Origin: Octopus vulgaris
Taxonomy: Eukaryota
NCBI GenBank assembly: GCA_951406725.2
Contig: OX597842.1
Location: 21,514,001-21,578,000 of the forward strand
Direction: 5' to 3'
DNA length: 64,000 nt
This document shows, one piece after another, positions 40,634 through 51,046 of this stretch (its first letter is position 1; every line of letters begins with the position of its first letter). The notes beneath the pieces were generated by a model. That model searched no databases. It was not told where the DNA came from and saw nothing but the letters and a program-made list of their open reading frames with translations. Both the position numbers and the translations under genes were made by a program.

Positions 40634-40809
40634 TGAATAGGGTAAATGTTTTTTTTAATTTTCCTTTAATTTCTGAATTACTACTACTTGTCGGTTTGAG
40701 TCCTGGCTGCTCTTTCTAGTGGGTCGAATGGCCTATTGAGACCGTTCCTCAAATGTTGAATTTATATATATCGTCTCTGACTATTTTCTCTCTCTCACTA
40801 GACCGCTGG

Positions 40810-41600
40810 TGGCGAAAAACATACACACGACAAAACAATGTGTACAGCAGGTACAGTAATAAGTACACAAAAAGGGACTAAAATTATCTTAACTTGAACG
40901 TTGAAGGAAGGAAAAAGGAATCAATGCAAACAAGAATTGGCTCGAAGCAACATTCAATTCCAGCTCATGAAAGCTTTCTATAACAATGAATGGACCGTTT
41001 TTTTGCAAACATATCACATATTTTATGAGATTGCAGTACAGAACCTTTGGCAAAAAAGGAAAAGATATGAATAAAGGTTCATACAGGATAGATATAAATC
41101 TGAACAAGACTTGTATAACTATGTTACAAATGATGTAATACCTTTCCAACTACTGGTCCCTCTTTTGTTTTCGTGCGTGTGTTTGTGTCTGTGTCTGTGT
41201 CTGTGTGTATGTATGAGGTAAGAACACGTCAAAACAATGAGCATAGCAGATACAGACAATGAATACACAAACCGGCCTAAAAATGTCTTAACTTGAACGT
41301 TGAAGGAAAGAATAAGGAATCAACGCAAAAAAGAGTTGGCTCTAAGCAACCTTTCATGAGTCGAGCTTATGAAAGCATTATATAACAATGAGTGGACCGT
41401 TTTTGTTGCAAAAATATCACATTTTATATGAGGCTGTTATATAATTTTGAGTATAAAATTTGGCAAAACAGGAAAAGATAGGAATAAAGGTTCATACATG
41501 ATAGATATAAATCTGAACAAGACTTATATAACAATGTTACAAATGATGTAATACCTTTCCAACTACTGGTCCCATTTTTGCTTTCGTACGTGTGTTTGTG
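40810..41600. repeat. Diverged direct tandem duplication (~400-bp unit)
   Basis: cttaacttgaacgttgaaggaa...gtaatacctttccaactactggtcc occurs at ~40888-41160 and ~41287-41573. Confidence 0.8.
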
Positions 41601-41826
41601 TGTGTGTGTGTGTGTGTGAGTATTCTGTCGTTTCGAAATACAAGACTTTAGTATGTGATCTGCTGATCTGACATGCAACAGTTCAGGTGTGGTTCTGTCA
41701 GTGCCATGCATATTGATCGATCAAGCGTAATAAAACATTTGAAATTATAATACATTACTAGATTTCAGACAAGAAAATTTTAACGTTACCTTAAAAGAAA
41801 TCTTTAGCTGGTTGTATCTTCTAGAG

Positions 41827-44181
41827 CAGTGATTCCCAAGGTGGGGCGTACGCCCCACTGGTGGGGCCTGAGAAAATTCAGGTGGGGCGCGGGGCATAGA
41901 CGTGGGCAGTGAAAATATTTGTACATGACGAGCGGTCATCGCGGGCACAACCTTAGATTCCGTCTTTCCTTTGAAGCCTCCACATCGGAAACTCTCGCAC
42001 CCCAGCGAGACAAAGAAGATCCCGCACTGAGCAATAAACTTACTATTCAGATAAGCCAATCAATTGCCTCAATTAGTTTGCCTCAATTAGTCTTTTGTTA
42101 GCCCTATTGAAAATGAGCAAACCAAACAAGAAGAAGACTCGTCAATACGCGGTGGAGTTTTTGAAGTTTGGATTCATTCCTGATGAGCATGATGAGCGTA
42201 AACCGTTTTGCTTATTATGTAATCAGACGATGAGCAATGAGTCAATGAAGGCAGGTAGGCTGAAAGCGCACTTAAAGGTAAGACATCCTAATAATTCTAA
42301 TTTAGATTTGGAATACTTCAAATCATTGAAAGAAAAATTTAAAAACCGAACAAAACTCACTTCACTATTTCATGCAAAACAAGCGCCTCATACTCGTGCC
42401 CTTGAAGCCAGCTACGAAATCTCCTTGCTTATAGCAAAACATGGAAAGAATCACACTATTGGAGAGCAACTGATTAAACCTGCTATCTCAATATTCTTAA
42501 AAACTGTATTACAAAAAGATGATGGAGATATCAGGACTATGCCACTCAGTAATAACACTGTCTCGAACAGAATAGATGAAATGGGGCAAGATGTTGAAAG
42601 CCAGCTCATTGAGAAATTAAAATTGCGTAAGTTTTCATTACAAATGGACGAATCCACAATCCGGGACAGTGAGGCTCTGTTATTGACTTATGTGAGGTAT
42701 ATTGACCACGAGGAGTTTCAGGAAGAGATGCTGTTCTGCGAATCGTTTGAAACCACCACAACTGCAAATGATATTTACATCAAAATCAAACATTATTTGG
42801 ATGCAAACAAAATACCAAAGGAAAACTTACTGGCATGTGCGGCAGACGGTGCACCTGCCATGATGGGCAAGAATACGGGATGCTTAAAAATGATGAAGGA
42901 TGAAAATCCAAACATGTTGACTGTCCATTGTGTAATACACCGAGAAAACTTGGTTGCCAAGAAATTGTCCCCTGTTCTTAACAAGATTCTTCAAAGTGTG
43001 ATCAAGTGTGTCAACAGCATTAAAAGAAATTCTAAATCTGAACGTCTTTTTAAGCAGTTTTGTATAAATCAAAGTGCCGAACATGTTCGATTATTGCTTC
43101 ATACAGAAGTAAGATGGCTATCAAGTGGAAACTGCTTAAAGAGGTTCATGGAATTATTTGATCAGATTAACGACTTTCTTAGTGATAAATGTGAAATGAA
43201 ATTGCTGTCAACAACGGATGGAAAAGCATTTGTCAGTTATTTGACAGACATATTTGAGAAACTTGGAAACTTGAATAAACAACTTCAAGGTGCAAACATG
43301 ACACTTATTGATGCAAAAGCAAAGATTTTTGGATTTATTACAGCTCTCGAATTATGGAAAAAGAAATTTTCCAAAAGAAATTTCAGTGAACTTTACTGGT
43401 TGAGTAAATGTGAAATAACGAATGATGCTGGCATTGTAATTATTGATCATTTAAATATCTTGATAAAGGATTTCAATGACAGATTTTGCGATTTAAAGGC
43501 AATGAATTTTCCTTCTTGGTTAACTCAACCGCTTCTGATTAACGTTTCTGATGCTACAATCCAATACCAAGAAGAGTTATCAGAATTACAACATGATGAA
43601 TCAGTGAAGACTTTGTTTAAATTGAAAGGTACAAAGATGTGGCTATATGACGAGGTTGAAAGAAAATATCCTAAAATTTCTACATCAGCGAGAGAGCTAC
43701 TGATTCCTTTCCCTTCGTCTTATTTGGTCGAATGTGGTTTTAGTGCAGTTGATAATTTGCTCGAAGCCAAGAGAAACCGGCTTGAGATTACAAAACGTGG
43801 CGATTTACGACTGAAATTAACAAAGTTGTCTCCTCAAATTAAAAACTTGTGCTGTATGCATCAGGCACAGGGTTCTCACTAAATTAGTCGAGCTGACCGT
43901 CAAATAATTGAACTGAAAAAACGTGTATCTTTATTCTTTATAAATTGACATTTTTTAAAAACATGAGAAATCGTAATAATTTTATCGATTTATTGGGTGT
44001 TATGCACTTTCAGTGCCTGTTGTTTCAATTCTCAAACTATTTTTTTGTATTTTGAATACAATTTTTTAATTTTTGATTTTTTTTCAATTGTAAGTAGGCC
44101 CACATGTACTTGTAAATGTGAGTGGACATGGGAAAAGGTGGGGCGTAAAAACTTTTGCTATGAAAAGGTTGGGAAACACTG
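41827..44181 (+). mobile_element. Full-length hAT transposon, Buster family
   Basis: TIRs cagtgattcccaaggt and aggttgggaaacactg. Perfect 8-bp TSD ttctagag at 41819-41826 and 44182-44189, with the nnnTAnnn pattern typical of Buster elements. Confidence 0.95.
42113..43882 (+). CDS. hAT/Buster transposase, 589 aa, uninterrupted
   Basis: BED finger CLLC...HLKVRH; catalytic D (MDESTI), D (ADGAPAM), CxxH (HCVIHREN), EVRWLS and E (LVECGFS); Buster-type C-terminus RGDLRLKL...HQAQGSH. Confidence 0.95.
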   Translation: MSKPNKKKTRQYAVEFLKFGFIPDEHDERKPFCLLCNQTMSNESMKAGRLKAHLKVRHPNNSNLDLEYFKSLKEKFKNRTKLTSLFHAKQAPHTRALEASYEISLLIAKHGKNHTIGEQLIKPAISIFLKTVLQKDDGDIRTMPLSNNTVSNRIDEMGQDVESQLIEKLKLRKFSLQMDESTIRDSEALLLTYVRYIDHEEFQEEMLFCESFETTTTANDIYIKIKHYLDANKIPKENLLACAADGAPAMMGKNTGCLKMMKDENPNMLTVHCVIHRENLVAKKLSPVLNKILQSVIKCVNSIKRNSKSERLFKQFCINQSAEHVRLLLHTEVRWLSSGNCLKRFMELFDQINDFLSDKCEMKLLSTTDGKAFVSYLTDIFEKLGNLNKQLQGANMTLIDAKAKIFGFITALELWKKKFSKRNFSELYWLSKCEITNDAGIVIIDHLNILIKDFNDRFCDLKAMNFPSWLTQPLLINVSDATIQYQEELSELQHDESVKTLFKLKGTKMWLYDEVERKYPKISTSARELLIPFPSSYLVECGFSAVDNLLEAKRNRLEITKRGDLRLKLTKLSPQIKNLCCMHQAQGSH

Positions 44182-45801
44182 TTCTAGAGCTCTCAGAGGT
44201 TACAACTTCACACTACTCCGTAGAATGGGTTGTTATCATTTACTTAATATTTAGCAATTCATCTCTCTTACACTGACTGCGAAGTCTGTCAGACAATAAA
44301 GCTACTCATTGTAAGTTTTCTTAGAATTTTATCTATTTATTCACCGCATCAAGTATTTCATTTTATTTTTATATTCTTCTGCACAAATTTTTACTAAATA
44401 TCTAATCTACTCTTGTTCATTTATACCATTTTTGAAATCTATTTATCTGCCTAGCAGACACACATTTGAACTGAGACATACAGACAGACAGATAAATAGA
44501 AAGATATCTGTTTGCTAGTCTCTCTATCTGTATATTCCGACAGTAATTGGTAATTTATTCATTACTACACCAAGCAGCTAAGAGATACCTGAAAAATGAT
44601 ATGCATACTTATAGATATATATACATGTATACGTACATACACACAGAGACACACAAACATATATATTTATATGCGTGTGTGAATGTGTGTGCGTGTGTGG
44701 GTGTGTATATACCTATATGTATATACATACATGCATACATACTAGCAATGCATCCCGGCGTTGCCTGGATGTTATGCCCTACAAGTAAATTGTATTATTT
44801 GATTCTTATGGGCAGAATCGGCACAGCTGATATATAGTTAATGGAATAATGGAAGTTATTGTTTGTTTAATGCTGAAGGGCGAGGGTACAATTTGTATAA
44901 AAGTGCCTTCTATTCTTAAGAAGGATCAGAAACTATGCATTGTTTCATCGTATAAAAGGAGGTTAATACGATTTTGCCCAGAAATCACGTTTTCAATATT
45001 TTTATTTCCTCCTATCCCCATCGCAATTTATTAATTCGTAATTATTTTCGTATTTTTTTTTACTATCTACGTAGAAAAATACAGAGATTACGAATCTGGG
45101 ATATATATATATATATATATATGCATTTTTTATAGCTTACTTTTTCTTAAAGGAACACTCATTGCCACCTCCTCCATCTCGCCTACTCATCACCTACCAG
45201 CTTTCAAAAATCTAAAATCTCCCAATCTTTCACTCTTCGCTGATGTTACGCGCTGGCGTAGAATTCTACGGAAACTGTAAACTTAAAAATACCATACCAC
45301 CACCAGAAAACCCGACATGCTAGAAACAACAGGTAAACGACACTATTTCTGAAGAAACCTCTCTTTTTTCTAAAAATATAGGGAGTGTGTAGCTCTTTGA
45401 ATGTAGTAAGATGATGGGTAAAATTCTTAAAAATTCATACTCTGTTTTTTTCCTCCCAGTATTACCAAGAATAAAACTTTGAAAAAAGTAAAAAATGAAG
45501 TTGTTGTCGAGAGGGAGAAAATTGAAATATTGAGAACGCATTTTGTGGGTGATATCCTAATGCCCTGTGTTGCAATCATAGAAATCGGAAGAAATTCAAG
45601 AAGTAGATGAAACAGGGACAACTGCATGTCTCGTTTCTCTGTCTTTTTCGTTGTTCGGAAAAAAAGTTCGTTTCTATGTTTTTGTTTTCGTTTCTCATTG
45701 TGTTCAAGGTTTTTTTTATGTCCTGTACAACTATATGCATGCATGTATATATGCATGTATATGTAGGTATGTACATATATGTATGTATATATGCATATAT
45801 T

Positions 45802-46562
<761 letters not shown>

Positions 46563-47075
46563 GTACGGTAGAGGAGTTGAAAATGCAGAGTTTATTGACT
46601 TGACCGGTTTCACTTAAAAAAAAAGATTTCCGAAAGTAAGATGTTAGGCTTTGTGTAGCCTTTGTGGTGTTAAGAATTGGTTATCATAGATGTATTAAAA
46701 TACAGTGATGCAGTCTTTGACAATGATAAGAATATGCTAAGAGGGGCTTTGTGTTTAAACATCTTACATAAATGTGTTCAAAATAGGTAGTACAATAAAT
46801 TCATTCCATTAGGTGTGAAGGGTGCCACAAAGACTACATAGAGCAGACTAGTCTTACCCTCAGAGATAGAATGACAGTCAACCGACAACAATTGAGGGAT
46901 CCCACCACAAGACAGATACCACTTAGTGGCCACTTAAATCTATGTGCACAAAATAAGTTCCCCAAATTCCTAGTTTTCCCACTGTACCAATACCCAGATA
47001 GCACCACTGAGCAAAGACGGAAAAACAAGGAATATATACCTATTCAAAAATACAGACCACGACTCAACATACTCA
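46563..47075 (+). mobile_element. Penelope-like element remnant: GIY-YIG endonuclease fragment with an inverted pseudo-LTR (pLTR)
   Basis: The plus frame from 46808 reads IRCEGCHKDYIEQTSLTLRDRMTVNRQQLRDPTTRQIPLSGHLNLCA...KEYIPIQKYRPRLN (CxxC-YIxQT-LxxR pattern). Segment 46563-46806 reads on the minus strand as a terminus with gaaaccggtc and AATAAA and is bounded by (TA)n. Confidence 0.75.
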
Positions 47076-47175
47076 CATACATCTCAAAAACATACTTGGA
47101 CTGCACACCCATATATATCTATGTATGTATGAATGTATTTATATATATATGTGTATAAATATATGTACATTTATT

Positions 47176-47264
<89 letters not shown>

Positions 47265-47274
47265 GCACACACAC

Positions 47275-47323
<49 letters not shown>

Positions 47324-48627
47324 ATTTCTCTCTCTGTATATCTGGTTGCCAATCTGATTATCTAATATTTTATCTGTTCTCTCTCTTTTTTTCCCTTTTT
47401 GGATCTCTATGTATTTGGCTCTTTACGTCTTCATAGATGGTCTAATTAGCGTAGTATATCTAAATTAGTGAAGTTTGATAATGCAACATTAATTAATATT
47501 TCGTTTAGAAGCCAGGGTGTGGTCGTGTGGTAAGAAGTTACTTCCCAGCCACACGGTGTCGAGTTCAGTCCCACGGCAGTTTTTTGGACAACTCTCTTCT
47601 ATAGCCCCGGGCAGACCAAAGCCTTCGGAGTAGATTTGGTAGACGGAAGCCGAAACAAACTAATTGTATGTGTGAGTGTGTGTGTGTATGTATGTCTGTG
47701 CGCGTGCTTATGTGTTTCTGCCCTGGCCAGAGCTTGAGAATTGGTGTTGGTGTGTTTATGGCCCCATAAATTCGAGGTTTGGCAAACATAAACTGTTAGA
47801 AGTGCCAGTCTTAATGAAAGTTGTTATGCGGTCGATTCTTTCGTTAAAATGTCTTTCATGCATGCCCACACATGGCCACAGTCTGATGACTGAATCCAGT
47901 CAACGATAAAAGATAATGATAGGGAAAATGTACAAAAATAACTTGGCTATTCAGGAGAAATAAACATTGTAAGACAGGTTTATATTATATCTAAATTTAT
48001 TAGTTTTATAGTTATAGATAAAGCTGAATTTCCGAAAAGTTGTAGTAAGAAACCAGTTTATTCAGAAGAATTTAAATATTACATTGAAAAGGAAGGCAAT
48101 AATGAAAGTTACAACTAGAAAATATGGAAAGATTTTAAATTGCGGGAAGATTTTCAAATGTTGGCATTTCAGCCACTCGTCAGGTACGTAGCCTCGTTTA
48201 AAATTACATTATAGAGTCTCTTAGTTGCGTAGCGTTGCATCAATAGGCAAAAATAAAGCTACGTTAGGTGAAAGTATGTTTGATGTGATATTAGGAGAAA
48301 ATTTAGTGTTTTGAAGCAAAATATGATCAAAGGTGAATCGTGAACCGACAGACACACACATTATAGATTATCCGATAAAGTAAATACGTAAATGGTAGCT
48401 AGAATATATTTACTGCTGTTGAAATGCGGCATGTTTTTCAGATTTTCTGCGTTTCAGCCAAGAGTTATGCACTTAGATTTGTTTAAAATTACATTATTAC
48501 GGATTATACAGTATTTTAGCTCAACAGTATTGTATTATCAATAAAGGTTAAAGGTATAAATATTGAAAATTGTTTAATGTAATATAAGAAGTAAATTTAG
48601 TTTTTTGAAGAAAGTTATATATCTTGA

Positions 48628-48678
<51 letters not shown>

Positions 48679-48823
48679 AAAAGCAATAAAGATTCAAGTC
48701 AATTTAAATGAATTTACTTGAATATGGTACCTAACTTAGATGCACCAAAAAACTATACGGTTTTAACAATACAGTAATGTGGGGTGATTATAAGCGAGAA
48801 AAAAGCAACAAGAATGGATAGGT

Positions 48824-48914
48824 TTTTAGTACAATCGTTTCATACAAGGACAGGCTTTATTAAAAGTTGCAAAAATTGCAGCATATAAACGTGTCCCGTA
48901 CTCATCAGCTAAAA
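48824..48914 (-). ncRNA. Type I hammerhead ribozyme motif (mirror copy of 49351-49441)
   Basis: Exact reverse complement within the left palindrome arm. Confidence 0.8.
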
Positions 48915-49350
48915 TACATGTGAGTTCTCTAGACATCCTAGTGGTTGAGGCTATACTCATGAAGTAATGTAGATAATTAAGTAACATAAACAGGTTTCCA
49001 AAGTTCATTAAAGTTCTTTAAAGATGATGTACAGTCTTATCACAGAATTTTAAAAAAGTTTTAATAGCATCACAGAGAAGGTGACTTAATCCATAGTGTA
49101 CATATGAATTTCCAGAATTTCTGTGAGTATGTAATCCCTCCTCATATCTCTGGAAATTCATATGTACACTATGGATTAAGTCACCTTCTCTGTGATGCTA
49201 TTAAAACTTTTTTAAAATTCTGTGATAAGACTGTACATCATCTTTAAAGAACTTTAATGAACTTTGGAAACCTGTTTATGTTACTTAATTATCTACATTA
49301 CTTCATGAGTATAGCCTCAACCACTAGGATGTCTAGAGAACTCACATGTA

Positions 49351-49441
49351 TTTTAGCTGATGAGTACGGGACACGTTTATATGCTGCAATTTTTGCAACT
49401 TTTAATAAAGCCTGTCCTTGTATGAAACGATTGTACTAAAA
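49351..49441 (+). ncRNA. Type I hammerhead ribozyme motif with a long stem II
   Basis: Stem I ttttag/ctaaaa; CUGAUGA at 49357-49363; stem II gtacgggaca...tgtccttgtat; GAAA at 49424-49427; near-palindromic stem III acgattgt; GUA ending at 49435. Confidence 0.8.
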
Positions 49442-49471
49442 ACCTATCCATTCTTGTTGCTTTTTTCTCGC

Positions 49472-49527
<56 letters not shown>

Positions 49528-49532
<5 letters not shown>

Positions 49533-49775
49533 GAAGCGCAATGGCCCAGTGGTTAGGGCAGCGGACTCGCGGTTTCGATTCCCAGACCGGGCATTGTGAG
49601 TGTTTATTGAGCGAAAACACCTAAAGCTCCACGAGGCTCCGGCAGGGGGTGGTGGCGATCTTTCGCTACAACTTTCTCTCACTCTTTCTTCTGTTGGCCT
49701 GCTCGCTTAGCCAGTGGGGTGGCGTCATGTGTAGCAACATCTGATAGCCTGGTCGGTCACGGTGATCACGGTGAT
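49528..49775 (+). mobile_element. tRNA-derived SINE, family 3
   Basis: gcgcaatggcccagtggttagggcagcggactcgcggtttcgattcccagacc with A/B-box-like motifs. A related minus-strand copy at ~52070-52455 has an internal ~90-bp duplication. Confidence 0.7.
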
Positions 49776-49777
49776 AC

Positions 49778-49809
<32 letters not shown>

Positions 49810-49811
49810 AA

Positions 49812-49931
<120 letters not shown>

Positions 49932-49932
49932 G

Positions 49933-49985
49933 GAGCTTCTACAGGACTAGAACTGTTTCATTCAAGAGAAATCTTCAGGAAGCTC
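49933..49985 (-). ncRNA. Minimal type I hammerhead motif (mirror copy of 49991-50043)
   Basis: Exact reverse complement in the left arm. Confidence 0.75.
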
Positions 49986-49990
49986 TTCCT

Positions 49991-50043
49991 GAGCTTCCTG
50001 AAGATTTCTCTTGAATGAAACAGTTCTAGTCCTGTAGAAGCTC
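49991..50043 (+). ncRNA. Minimal type I hammerhead ribozyme motif
   Basis: Stem I gagcttc/gaagctc; CUGAAGA at 49998-50004; weak stem II ttc-tctt-gaa with a U-U closing position; GAAA at 50017-50020; stem III cag/ctg; GUA ending at 50036. Confidence 0.75.
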
Positions 50044-50125
50044 CTTCTATATAATAAATTAATTTTACTCTGCTATGTATTGAGTACCTTATTTACTGTG
50101 GTTAACCCCGAATCAACCCGGGACC

Positions 50126-50194
<69 letters not shown>

Positions 50195-50519
50195 AAGTAT
50201 ATATATATATATATATATCATCATCATCATCATCATCGTTTAACGTCCGTTTTCCATGCTAGCATGGGTTGGACGGTTCGACCGGGGATCTGGGAAGCCA
50301 GAAGGTTGCACCAGACTCCAGTCTTATCTGGCAATGTTTCTACAGCTGGATGCCCTTCCTAACGCCAGCCACTGAGAGTGTAGTGGGTGCTTTTTACATG
50401 CCACCTGCACAGTTTTACGTGCCACCTATATTATGGAGTATGGCCATTGCACGAAGCTTAATCAATGTTGTTATTGTGCAATGCCTGTGCAAGAAGATTT
50501 TTTTTTAAGTTAGGAAAGG

Positions 50520-50964
50520 CTGTGCACTGAGTCAATCTCACTCCCTAAGCAACAGCAGCCAAAATCCGAAAAGAAGAACAAGTCAACATCATCGGTAACC
50601 ACTGAGCCGCATGTTTTATGTCGGAGTTATCCCAGTTACCTGAGTTACCTTCTCCTAGAAGGATGCTCTAACAAAGGCTAAGTGTCCTTCACTCCCAATG
50701 GTTTAACCGCGCGATCGGATATTCAGTCCGATTATTTCTATGTCCTCGCGCATGATACAGCCCTAAAATATTTATTAGATGGGCGTTGAATCTCAAGACT
50801 TCCTCCGCCCTTTGACGGGTTTTGTTTTTCATCCCGCAGGGTGACCAATAAACACCCTCCTCACCAAGTAAGCTTGGTGGAGTTGCCGGTTTAGTCACCG
50901 ACGACCCGACCATGCAACAGGTTGTACTAGGTTACATGTTTCCAGTAGCACTCGAAAGACCCCT

Positions 50965-50967
<3 letters not shown>
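50520..50967 (-). mobile_element. Probable RTE-type LINE 5' UTR fragment
   Basis: GC-rich and hairpin-rich. The minus strand has agcctttgttagagcatccttctaggagaaggtaactc, resembling the RTE 5'-UTR ctaggagaaggaaaactc motif (recalled). Confidence 0.45.

Positions 50968-51046
<79 letters not shown>

Larger units (their letters stand above)
48794..49471. repeat. Perfect inverted repeat, 323-bp arms with a 32-bp spacer
   Basis: Arms at 48794-49116 and 49149-49471. The ORF track shows the identical 60-aa ORF on both strands at symmetric positions. Confidence 0.95.

Noticed and set aside
48826-49439. Identical 60-aa ORF on both strands
   Set aside because: A by-product of the palindrome, with no recognisable domain.
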